In this document: positions 1 to 12,261 of the stretch, piece after piece
Position numbering within the stretch: position 1 is the first letter of the stretch
How the letters are laid out: each line of letters starts with the position of its first letter
Assembly (NCBI GenBank): GCA_905178155.1
Contig: CAJINV010000002.1
Coordinates: 6,720,771-6,784,770, forward strand
Direction of reading: 5' to 3'
Source: Amoebophrya sp. A120
Lineage: Eukaryota; Protista; Dinoflagellata
DNA: 64,000 nucleotides
Notes under the pieces: model-generated
The model's input: only the letters and a program-made list of their open reading frames with translations
The model's database searches: none
Told to the model about the DNA's origin: nothing
Translations under genes and position numbers: made by a program

Positions 1-3000
1 AACCCGCAGCTGAAGACTTGCAGTTCCAGCAGCAATCCCTTGTCGGCATACAAGACATCGCGAGAGCAACGAAGGTGGCGCAAATAAAGCTGTCACCGCG
101 ATCGGCGGGCAAGTCGAAGATAGGTGGAAAAGTAACAATTAATACCGGCGCCCACGACGTTCTTGCTCCTGTTTTCATGAGCAGGCTGGATATCAAAAAT
201 ACTAATACAGGAGCTACTACTTCTGGTGACGACGTGATGGAAGGACACACCATTGAGGACGTGATGCAGCGAGAGAAGTTGGTCCACCAAAATGATCAGC
301 AACCCGGAAGAACTTTTGCTACTCAACAAGCAGACCAACTGCAGTCGTCGTCCCGGAAAAGTCGCTCACCATCTTCCCGCAAAAGTACCAGGGGAGCTAA
401 ATCGGAAGTAGTGAAAAGCACCTACGGCACACAGTCGCAGCAACAGCCACCTTCAACTACACAAGAAATCGACGCACCTCGTCGCGACGGTCCGGCCCCT
501 GGCGCCGGGCAAAGACCTGCAAAATCAAAAATTTACGAAGTGCAGGAACGGTTTCGAAGCGAACAACAAATTCTGAGCTTTCAAGAAGGCCAAGTGGGGC
601 AGCAAAGTTTTGACGTGCCGCAGAATCAGCTACAAGCAGCAGGCGAATTATCGAAAACAAATCCTTCAGCTTCTCCTCCTCGCAGACCGACCGTACCTCA
701 ACAAAAGGTGACAATTGGGAAGGACAGAGACAGAGCTACGGGTATGAAATCAAATAAAGTAAAGCGCGCAGGTAAAGATAGTTCTCTTGCCGAACAGCAA
801 CAAGTTAGAAGTGCGCCACCTTCATCTGTTGGCGCATCTTCTGCACCATTATTGGTACAACCGGGGCCAGGCGATCGGGACCTTTTGGAACAGCAGCATT
901 TTTACCCCACGGGGACGGACAAAAATTCCAGGAAGCAGAAGACCAAAGTGGGAAAATTGCAGATGAATGCGGACAACTGGATGGAGAACAGAAGGGGTTA
1001 CCAGCAGAATGAAGAAGTTTATCAGCAGAATGTGAGCGAATTCGATTCAGGAACCATCATGCCAGATGAGTACGATTTGGAGCAGTTGAAGTCGAAGAGA
1101 AAAGACCGCATCAGGGAACAGCCGATGATTCCTTCTTTTCACAATACCTACCTCTCCTCCGACACCTCCGCAAGAATGACGAACAGCATTGAGGAAAGTC
1201 GCGAGAGGGGAACAATTTCGACGAGCCAGTTGGGAAGCGGTGATACTGTTGCTGCAGTGCCTCCGGCGATGTCCTCGATGAGGGGATCTGACCAGCAGCG
1301 CGCACTCTTGTCCAGCAAAAGACCAAAACAGGAAGACGAGGAGCAACGGTCGTCGGTGGATTTTCTGACATTGCGATCATCAGCTGCGCCCACGCCTGCA
1401 CCTACCAGTGAATTCCTCCAGCGTCAGCAAGCCGCGCCGTCATCTCTACAGCCACCTCAAAGCGGAGCTCCTGCAGCAGGACCCAGTTCCTCTGGTAGGA
1501 AGAGCGCGTCGTCCTCACGCGGCTTCCGCTCGGGACGTGCTTCGCACACTGTGGTGGATGATATTATCTCTTCGGGGAATGCAAGTGCAACGCCAACGCC
1601 AACCTTTGTTGGTGAGGCTAATTATATACCGGCTCCTGATCATCCAGGACCAAGATCATCGCAAGGGCAGCGACGGAAGACGCCAACTTTCCCTACTGCA
1701 GATGGCAACGGACCAGCAGCTCCACGCGGAAATAGTCCGGGACAAGGAGCAGCAGGACCACCACCATTTCGCGGCCAACGGCGTCAGCCGCGAAGTTCGA
1801 ATGCAAATGGAACAATAAATACAGGTCCTTCGAGCAAAACCGTGACGTTTTCCGTTGATGAGGGACCACGGGGTGCTAGTGGTAGAGACGATGTCGATTT
1901 CAACTTTAGCTCGGGCGCGTTTGGACACCAGACAGAAGAAGTAGTAGTTCAAGGGGAAGGTTCTGCCCGTGTAGTTTCCGCGCAATCTGGTGCCGCGTCG
2001 AGAGGGTCCTCCGTAGTTGTGGAGAGCGGCTTTGCGTCCGCGGAGTCGAAGAGTGTGAATTACAGTTCTGCGGGGACCGCGTCAGGCTCCTCTTCTTTCG
2101 CCGCTTCGTCTTCCTTTGCGCCCGCGAACGCGGCGGTTTCTTTTGCGAGCAGCGAGGAAGACGAAGATTTTGGCGATGATGCGGGACAAACCGAGACGAT
2201 TGTTGACAAGGACGAGCCTGTATCGTTCGGCAGTCAAGCCGCGACATACAGTCGCGTGCAAAGCTTCCACGGAGCTGCACAACGGGCCGGTGGGACGAGG
2301 ACGAGCACAGGTCCCGGACCTGCCTTCCCTGCCGGAGAGGGCTCAACGAACAAGCACAGTCTCGATCACGGTATCTCCGCTGCGTCGAGCGAGCACCGAA
2401 GCGGCAGCGGCCGTGTCGGATCTTCTGGAACGAGCGGAATGGGGTCTTCAGTCAGTGGTAGTGGCGTTGGATCTTCTGTGAGCGGTAGTGGCATGCTTTC
2501 CTCGGCAACCACCAGTGGCGTGCAATCTGGAATGAGCGGGAGCTCCATGCAGCGATCTTCTATAACTACTAGCGGCGTCCAATCTGGAATGAGCGGAAGC
2601 ACCAACATGCGATCTTCTGCAACTACTAGCGGTGTGCAATCTGGAATGAGCGGAAGCACCATGCGATCTTCTGCAACTACTAGCGGCGTGCAGTCTGGAA
2701 TGAGCGGAAGCAACATGCGATCTTCTGCAACTACTAGCGGCGTGCAATCTGGAATGAGCGGGAGTACCATGTCCATGCGATCTTCCGCAACTATCAGCGG
2801 GGTGCAATCTGGAATGAGTGGGAGCGGTATACAATCCACAATGAGTGGCAAAAGTGGAGGTATCCAGTCCTCCATGACCGGGAGTAGCATGCCATCTTCC
2901 GCGAGCGGTTCCAGTGGCATCCGATCTTCTAGGCGTACAGCAAGTGGCATGGAGTCTGGACCGATGAGTGACATGCGTTCTGGAGATAGGGCATCCAGTG

Positions 3001-6000
3001 GAACGTTCGGGGCGCAGTCTGCAGCCAGTAACCTGCCGCAGTCTGGGACCAGCAATCGAACCAGCGGAGGGGAGCAACCTGTGCAGAGCGGGATGTTGGG
3101 CTCAACCACGTCTACCGCGCGGCTAAGCGGCGAATCGGGTCAGACTCAGAGCGGTCTGCAAAGTATTGCCCCAGGGTCTGATCGTCCAGGGTCTTTTGCA
3201 GTAGATTCCTCCGCGACCATCGCTGAGGAGGCCCACAAGATCTTGAGTTCATCTTCAGGACGAAAAAAACAGATGCTCCGGAGGTCGAGCGACCGGCCTT
3301 CGCAGTCGACTGTGCAAAGCGAGGGCGCACCACCAGAAAACCGCACGGAGCAGATTTTCGGGAAACAGGAGCTGTCTCCGCGGGGCCAGATGCTGAGAGT
3401 GAAGCCCTCCGCGAGTGCCTCGGGATTGAGCATCACAAGTGGACAGAGTGGGGCCTATAACAGCCTTAAGTCATCCAGGGCCACAGGGGATGACAGCACA
3501 ACGAATAAGGGCAACCACAGTCCTCCAGGGCCGGCCCAGATGGACCTCCTCCAAGGCAGCTTACCGAATAAGCACCAAAAGGATCAGCTAGGTGCCTCGG
3601 CCGGCGGCGCGGGCGGTGCTCCTTTCATTTTCTCGTCCTCCTCCAGTGGCGCGAGCGACGCCCCGGCATTGACATCGAGCAGCGGCACGGGGCTCGGCGG
3701 CACACAGCTGACCGGCAGCATGCCGTTCGGGACCGGGAGCACGGGGAGTCTCTCCGCCTCCTCCCGCAGGGCGCCCAGAGAAGGCGGATTTCAGAAGAAC
3801 CAAGTGCCCGCCCGGCAGCACCTCGACCAGGCGGGGGTTGGCCCCGGGGGCGTGCGGTTCAGCCCGGTTTACAACTACCGGAACAACGTCCCCGCGGGGC
3901 CGGGCTACAACCAGTCGGGCATGCAGTTTCGCGGGGCGGACGTGGTGCAGGAGCAAAAGGACCCGAATTGGCTGCACAAGGACAAGCCGCAGCCGAAATT
4001 GGTGAATTTCCAGCCCATGAACCCGGTGTACGGCGGGATAGGGAATCAAGAAACAACCCAGCAATTCCAGACCTTGGAGCACCTGCAGCCGCAGCACGGG
4101 GCGGCCAACTCGATTTACGGGGGCTTCAAGGAAAAAAACCGGCTCGATTTCTTCGACCGCCGCATCGGAGGGGTGGACGAATTCGGCATCGACCTGTACG
4201 CGCAACAGCGCAAGATGGGGGACGGGGAGTACTTGGAGGTGGACCCCCTGCACGGCTCGCACCAGCAGAACTTCGTGGAGCGGGACCAGTTTGTGATGTA
4301 CGAGCAGCAGGGCGCGACGGAGAAGTTCGCGCGGAACAAGGCGGGCACCGGGGCGGACTACCTGGCCGGGGACCATCAGCATCAGCAGATGGTGGCTCCG
4401 GGGCGGCAGGTGGAGCGCAAGTTGAAGCACATCGTGCCCGGGTCGGTGCCGCAGGAGAAGGACGTGCAGTACAAGCGTGGGCCGAACTACCGGATCCTGT
4501 CCAAGGGCGGAGACCAGGACTGGAACGCGTCGATGCGGCAGGGCGTACAGTTATCCTGTTGTTGAAAAACGTCTCTGTGAGGACCCCGACCCCGTAGTCA
4601 AGTTGTAGATGAGAATTCGAATTGTTGTTGCGCATGACAAATCCGGGCTCGTAGTGTAGTCGTGGTAGCGAGTGCAGCCGCATGGCAGGTAGATCATCTA
4701 TATCATGTTCCTAGCGTGACAAACACCGAGACGGGACTAGTGAACGCTCCTCAGGAGGCTACGCATGACGAGAAACTTTCAAGTCATGTCGATTTGCATG
4801 ACCATCACCATGACATAGATGGAGCGGGGGGGACGTTTTCCCTGTTGATAGCAGTTCAACCCGGCAGCGATGGACGCGAACCGCGTGGATTCCCCCCAGA
4901 CTGTCGCCCAGGCAGGCGACTGGATGCGGGGGGACACGCCGTTGTACATGCCCGGGGAGAAAATGACGGAGTTTCTCACCGCGGATCAGGCGCGGCACCG
5001 AACCCGGTACCTCGACGCCGTGCAAAAGCAACACGCGAAGTGGGAGCTGCCCGAGCCGGATCTGAGCCTGGTTCCCCCAAACCAGCGCACCGCGGAGATG
5101 CAACGCCGCGAGCAAATGAAGAACTACGCGCCGAAGGTGAATGACGCCTTCGGGCTGCAGCAGCGGGTGCAGATGGCAAGAGAGCTTGGGCTGGACGAGG
5201 CGCCGGCCATGGCGACCGGGGTGAGCGGCGCGGCGGGCAGCGTGGCCATTCCTCCCTACTACACCACCCCGCGGCTCGGGACAGCAGCACGCCCGGTACC
5301 TGTTGGGAGCGGAAGTGCAGCTGCGCCGATGTCGGTCCAGAGCGGAATGTCAAGTGGCCCTCGCGTCGCTGGAGTTGGGAGCACCGTGGTGCAACCGGCA
5401 GAGAGCATCATCGACCAGCACCAAGAGCAGGCGAGGGCGATGGGAAGATCCGGCAGCGGTCCGCCACCCCCCATGGTCACCGGCTCGATGAACATGGGCG
5501 GCGCGACCGCCAGTGGGACCAAAATGAGCACCCGGCTCGGCGTGGCTTCTCTGAGCCCAAGTCTGTCGCAGCAGACGGGCAGCGGGAAGGGCAAGCAGAA
5601 GCAGAGATACCCCGACTTTCCCGCGAACACGTACCAAACAACCAACCTCTCCCCTGGCGCGATGGCGCAGGTGCCGACGTACGTGCCCGCGCGCCCGAAA
5701 ATGACGTATGAGCAAAAAGACTTCAAGTGGGGCATGAACGCGACCTACGCCCAGCAAATGACCGCGCAGGGGTACAGCGGAACATTAAACGCGCCCGACC
5801 GGCCGGATTTGGGGATTAAGGATCCGAGACTGAACGCAAAGGTCCTGGAATACCTCGCCCGGGACGACAACGAAGTGAATTTATCGGAAAGGCTCCAGAC
5901 CGTGGTTGCGCAGAACCAGATCATCCGGCAACTCGGGGTGATCCCGCTGGAGTTCGACTCCCTGGACGCGCTGCACCCGCGCAACTTAGAGGTGATGAAG

Positions 6001-9000
6001 CAGACCATCTACCCCACCATGGCGAACGACCACATGGCGGTCGCCTGGATGGAGCGCGGGCACGTGCAGCGGCGGGGGATCTTCGACAACCGCATGGACC
6101 ACGAGGCGGATGAGTACACTACGCATGTCGATGACGAGGAGATCCAGAAGATGCTGCGGGAGATCATCCAGCCCGGGCACCGGGGGAGCTTCCACGACCG
6201 GTTGGATGAGCGGCAGCTGCACTTGAACACAACGAAGGAGAATTTGAATCCCTACTTGTTAGCTCGTCCGATCACGACGGACGGGCGGTTGAAGTCCGCT
6301 CCGATCCGGAACAAGCAGTTGGAGAAGATCATCGCGGAATGCGAGGCGGAGCTGATCAACATCGAGCACGACATCCCGGAGATTCCGTCTTTCGTCGAAA
6401 CCTACAAGTACGGGGAAGTCGAGGGCTTCCGGCTCGGCGACATGGAGAGCCTGTTCCACGGGGTGCAGGACGACCCCGCGATCGAGAAGGAGAACCGGCT
6501 CCGGTGGCTCAGTCCGTCCTCCGGCCGCGTGCGGGCCGGGTCCTTCGAGGCGATCATGCACGAGCTGAAAATGTCGGATAAAATGGACATGGCCGCGGTG
6601 AAGCGGGGCGAGCGGGAAACGAGCAGGAGTTACACGTCGCGAAAGCTGGAGGCGATCGCGAAAGTCCCGGGATTTAACGACGAGTACGATGCGCTGCAAA
6701 TGTTTCCGGAGTTCACCGAGGCGATGGAAACGGGGAAGACCATTTTGGAGGAGCAAGCGGAAGTGTACAGGCAACGGGAGCAGGAGGCCATGGACGCCTA
6801 TCGCCGGAAAAAAATGGAGGGTGGAAAGGTGACTAACGTGAGCAGCGCAGTCGTGAGTGGACAACTACAGGCGGCGGAAGGGGAGGACAACATGGCTTCG
6901 ATGGCATCAGGGATGTCCTCGACGGGTTCAGCAGCAGCGCGAGCTTCCACAGCGTCCACTGGGAGTAGTGCCGCGGGTCAAGAAGCTCCTGCTGCACCTC
7001 CGCGGAAACCAACGCAGAACAATTTAAGCGGTGCTATGGGCGAGGGAATGAGCCTTGGCCCGCAGGTTGCGTTGTTTTACGACGAGGACGACGAACGGCC
7101 GTCTCGCGGCCGGTCGGACATCTTGGGCTCCGCGGGGATTGTTGATGACGACGTGGCGGGCGCAGCCAACATGGTCAGCATGTTCACCGGGGACGACGAC
7201 GACCCGGCCGGACACAAGATGGCCGCCAATTATGTTGACGCCACGCAGGAGCGACCGGTGATACAGCGCCCGACGGCGATACCGCCGAACGCCGTGGGGG
7301 GTGTGGGGGAAGTCATGATGAACCCGAATGCGCCCGCCCCGAGATCATTATACAGCGAGGGCAACCAGCAGCCCCCGAGTTCCACACATGCGCACTACCC
7401 GGGCAGCAAAGTTTCTGGAAATAGTAGAATAGGAAGCGGTCAAAATACTAAAGGCCCTTCATCGAAAAAGGCAACGGAACCCTACGCGGGCAGCAAAGTG
7501 TACTCGCAGCACCGCGACTCGTTCGCGAAACGGCAGCAGCGGGACCGCGACACGTCGTTGCGGCATTTGAGCCGGGACGAAAATGTGTTGGACGCGACGA
7601 ACAACAACAGTTCGCTCGACCGGGTGGGGAGAAACGACGCGACGTACCTGAAAGGGTTGGACCCGTACACGAAGGGCAAGCTGTTCGGGAACGAACAATC
7701 GATCGGCTCGCGCGCGGGTCTGGGCTGGAAGGATTTGCAACCGAACGCGCGCAAGAGGGACCGGGACCTCGACCGATTGGAGAACGAGATCCAGAAATCG
7801 ATCTGGAACGCGTCTTTGAAAGTGGAAGACTTGGAAGCGAAGGACGACGCGGTCCCGGACAGCTTTCAGGAGCAGGTGCCGCAGTCGAAGCGCGCGTTCG
7901 CGGCTTTTCTGGAGCGGTTCTGGCAGTTGGCATGCACCACAAATTACCACCTGGAATTGCGAGTAAATCTGTTGAAGCAGATTGTCGCCAAGGAAGCGAG
8001 GTACGAAACGTTAACCAGGGAAGAACTGGAACTACTGGACTGCAACAAGCCTGAGGAGGTTTTCGGCTTCTTCGAGAGCTCGATGCACACAGGGCAAAGA
8101 ACCCGCGCACGGCATTTTGAGGGCCTGACGCGGCGCGCGAGACGGAATTTGGAGGAGGAACACGTCTCCGTCGCGGCGATGGACTACAACGACATCATGG
8201 ATGAGAAGTTGAACCTCGAGCAGGAAATGAAGCAGCTGGTCGAGCAAAACGAGCAATTGGTCGCGTTGGAGAAGCACGAGCGCCGGCTGATGGAGCAGGA
8301 CATGCGGGAAATGCTGCACCAGACGCTGGTCTGGTGGGACACGTATAAACTGCAAAAGCATCGCACTCGTATAAATGCATATACAAATACTCTCAGCGTC
8401 AGAAATAAAATTTGTAATGCGGATTTACCATACGAAAATGCATGACTGCAATACGAGTGCGATACTTTTGCACAGGATAACACGTTGCGCAACCGGATTC
8501 TGGCCAAAGAGGAGGAGAACAGCACCATCTTGGAGCAGGAAGTGCACCGGTTGCGGTTCCTATCCACAGTAAATTTCCCGTACACGTACAAATTCGGAAT
8601 CTGCATGACAAAACTTGGGCTCTGCAAGGTAGCGAAACTTGTCATGCATTTTGTATGCCCATGTACAGGAAATTTACATTGCATAGCTCCAGTTCGAGGA
8701 CTACGCGAGCCACGAGGGCCGGTTCCGGGAGGAGTACGCCGCGTACCTGCGGGACCGGTCCGGCGTCGCGAAGGACCTGCAGCACATGCTGGGCTTGTGC
8801 ACGGTTTCCGAGGCCGCCACGATCCGGAAGGAAACGAAGATGGTGCGGCAGAAAACGCATCTGCTGGAGATCTTGCTCGACGCGCTGGAGGAGATCCGGT
8901 CGGTGAGATCGATGTACTACAACTTGGAACATTTCAGCAAACTGCCGGAATACTGGCGCGGCCAGGAAAACGCGGTGGGCGTCGACGCGCACAAACACGA

Positions 9001-11051
9001 CAAAGACGTGGGCTTCTACGAAAACACGGTGGACAAGCTGATCAACCGGTACAAGCCGTGGGAATTGGAGCGGGACAAACACCGGCGGCCCGGGGATGTT
9101 GCGCACAAGACCTCCGATTTCGTCTCCGCGGGGCAGGAGGTGGCGAGCCGGGTGTTGGAGAAGATCAACGACAAGGCGGGGATCACGAATAACACCAAGG
9201 GCGCGAGGTACAAGTCGGCCCGACAGTCGATTGAGAAGCAAATCAGCGACTTGGCAACCGTGTTCTACAACATGCGGCACCGGATTTTTTCGGAGGACTT
9301 TGACATTGCGCGGTGCGCCTACAAGGCGGGTTTAGCCGCCGCCAAGGCCCTGCCAATCATTGAGTCTCCGGTGCCGTTGTCGGTGCACCAAATACGACGA
9401 GAGCAGAAAAGCTTAATGGAGTTGCTGGACAACTACACGGCAGTGGAGCACTTGTATGAAATTCTAGTTCTTTCTGATGAATTTAGCTTTGCGACATCGG
9501 TTTGATGATGTTTGTGATTCAGTTCTTGAACGAATCTTGGGATTAGGTTTTCCACGTCGCTACGGCGTTTTTCATGAAGCAGTCACGTGTTGTACTTAAC
9601 AGGACTAGCTGCCTTTCTCAGATGCATCCGTACAGTGGTACAGTTCTTTTTCGTCCTCTCTTCTCCACAGGTACAGCTCGGACCCGGCGATATCGCAGAA
9701 CTTTCCGAAAGTGCTCAAGTGCCGCCTCGAGCTGCTCCGCCGCTGTTTGGACACGATCGGCGGCGGCGACGTCGACCGTCTCGCCTCCGGAATCCCGTTG
9801 CACATCCGCGCGATCACCATGGGCGCGCAGGACAAGGACATGGGTGAGCTCGGGAAGAGGGGCGAGAAAGTGCCCTTGGACAACTCGAAAACCGGGCAAC
9901 CCGGCTCCGACATGTGGAAATCGCCCGGTCTCGACGAGGCGGATGATTGGAGCCAGTCGAAGAATCCGTACCTGCAGAACTTGAAAGAAGTTCCCCGCGA
10001 CGTGCTCTGGGGCGGCCCGGTGAAACGGCCGAAGCCCAAGGACTACCAGGCGAAGGCCAAACCGAAGGCGAAGCGCCGGAGGAAGCCCAAGCACCACTTC
10101 GGCGGCGGCGACGACCCGTCGAGCGAAGGCGATGGCAGCAGCAGCAGTAGTTCTAGTGCCAGTAGCAGCACTGCCTCCGAATCCTCCTCGTCCTCGGAGG
10201 ATTCCTCGGAGGAGGAACAATCCGAAGTGCAGAGTTCCGTGCGGCAGAGCTCCCAGCGCGACGGCAAAAAACCGAAGAAGCGGGCTCAGTCGAAGAACGG
10301 GCCGAGTACGAAGAACATCGTCAGCAACAGCGCTATCGAGGGCTCAGTGCGCCAGAGCTCGCGGAAATCCGACAAGGGCGGGAAGCGTGGTAAGGACAAG
10401 GTCAAAATCAAGGCCGGCGCACACAAGGACGAGAAATCAAACATCAAGTCCGGCGGCAGCTCGGAAAGTTCATCGTCCAGCGACAGTGAGTCCTCCTCCG
10501 GGCAGCGCCCCTCCGGGGCGACGGCGAAGGCGAAAGCCAAGCCGAGAGCGAAGTCGCGGACGTCAGCCAACATCATGTCGAACGACAAGCCGGGTGGACA
10601 ACGCGGGGGAGGCGCGAAAGGCGCGACGGACCGGATCTCGTTCGTGCCGCGCCCCTCCGCGGCATCAGAAGTCGATGCGGTGGACAGCGACCTGCCACAG
10701 ATTCCGAGCATGACCGGGTCCATGATGGGGTCCGCGACGGAGGACATTCCCGTCGCCGGACCGGGCCGAGGGAAAGAATTCAAGTCGGGCGTGGCCATGC
10801 CGGACAAAAACTCCCCGCTCGGGCGGCTGAGCGGCCGCACCACCGGGCAGAGCGTCGTCACCGCGGGATCGCCGAGCCAGCGGTCCATTCCGGAGTCGGC
10901 GATTCGGGCGTCCAGCAGCTCGAGTTCGTCCTCCTCCACCAGCGGCGCGAGCCAAAGCAAGAGCGCCGGACCCTCGGTAGGTGGGGGCGTCGGGGGAAGT
11001 GGAAGCGGGAGTGGCAGCGGAAGCGGAAGTGGGAGCAGTAGTGACTCGTGA
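1..11051 (+). CDS. Giant (>3,400 aa) low-complexity S/G/Q-rich protein with a helical/coiled-coil C-terminal region, function unknown; open at the window edge; exons <3-4551, 4856-8343, 8485-8560, 8691-9453, 9671-11051
   Basis: ORFs 18-4565, 4870-8445, 8485-, 8786- and 9711-11051 join in frame after removing three TIR elements and one GT-AG intron (junctions GVQ|FNPAAMD, WDT|LRN, LRF|QFED, EHL|YSSDP). No recognisable domain. Confidence 0.75.
2490..2840 (+). repeat. Coding tandem repeat, ~57-63 bp unit, encoding RSSATTSGVQSGMSGS, about 6 copies
   Basis: Repeated gcgatcttctgcaactactagcggcgtgcaatctggaatgagcgg visible directly. Confidence 0.9.
4552..4850. mobile_element. Introner (TIR intron element), family E
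   Basis: Ends tatcctgttgttgaaaaacgtc...gacgttttccctgttgata; flanks ACAGT/GCAGT; removal restores frame; similar ends to 63506-63857. Confidence 0.8.
8344..8479. mobile_element. Introner, family C-like
   Basis: tataaactgcaaaagcatcgcactcgtat...atacgagtgcgatacttttgcacaggata; perfect ACACG direct repeat; frame restored. Confidence 0.9.
8561..8685. mobile_element. Introner, family D
   Basis: tatccacagtaaatttcc...ggaaatttacattgcata; flanks GTTCC/GCTCC; frame restored. Confidence 0.85.
9454..9670 (+). other. Canonical GT-AG intron
   Basis: gtatgaa...ctctcttctccacag with a pyrimidine tract; joins EHL|YSSDP in frame. Confidence 0.7.
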
Positions 11052-12261
11052 GGGCGATGAAAAAAATTTTAAGAAATTATATATGTGTTTCCAGAAATTT
11101 TGTAGCAGCGCCAGAAAGTTGAAACACGTATTACTCCAGAGAACTTTAGTTTGTTAGATAGCATACGTATTGCAGGTATTCACTTCTACGGTTTCCAAAA
11201 AGATTCTCATGACTTTTCTTCTATCTTCCTTGTACGAGCGTGTAAAATTAAATTCCAACCAACCATGCAGTTATCATCGTGTACATCGTCTGTGCTCACT
11301 TTTATCGAAAAATTCTTCACTGAGAAACAAACCCAGAAATGACATGATCCTGCTCATTGTACAGTGATTGAATGAAAGCTTACTGCTCTATCTAATCATC
11401 ATCCTATATCGAAGATCCTTGTCGTCGTGTAACTACTCGTCCTAATGTTTCCGACGTAACGAACAAAACGTGGGGTAGACAGACCCCGCATTTCTGTGCT
11501 TCCTAGAAATGATAAAACGTATTTGTTTCTGTTTGCACATGATCTTATTTGTACACAACCTAACGAACAAGTACAAGACGACTGAACACCGATTGTTCGT
11601 GCCGCACCCTGCATTCCTCTGAAATTTCTTCGTGTTCACCAGTACCACGTCTAGGACGCTGTCGGGATGCTTGTATTTTATTCCTTCATTCAGGGAAGTC
11701 ACGTTCGTTGGCTCCGTCGTGAACTGAAGGATGACTTGAAAAATCGGTCGCGTCCTCGGCGTGGTCGCGGGCATGACAAGATGGGAAACCAAAACGGAGA
11801 TCTTGACAACACAACCCAGAGTAAGTTTTGTCGATCAGGACGATTTTGTTTGGCTTCTCGTGCTAGTGATGACAAATTGTCATCTGAATTTATTTTGCTG
11901 CTGTACTGCTACTTGCTGTTGCTACCACGTCCACGTAGATTTTCTCTCGTGTCTTGGCAGCAGCTTGTTGTTGTTCGTGCCAATGAAAGAAATGCTACTA
12001 CTAACTTGCGAGGTCGAAGATGAAGATCTAGGCGCTCAGATGAAGCGAGTTTCATTTTCTCTCGCGATCTAGTACTTCATTATCGTTTGCCATTTCTGAG
12101 GCGATCTGGATCTTGATCTGCATACTGTAAGTATTCTCAAGTTGTACAGATCTAACTTTGCCAAGTAGCTCGGTCGGGAACTACTTTCACAGTCGAGGAT
12201 ATCGGTATACTTTTGTGTCTTATTCCTTTTTGAATCTCGAGCCTCGAAGAACAGCAAGCCC

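Noticed and set aside
2490-2840. Regular repeats as a CRISPR array
   Set aside because: In-frame coding repeats without unique spacers, in a eukaryotic context with no cas genes.
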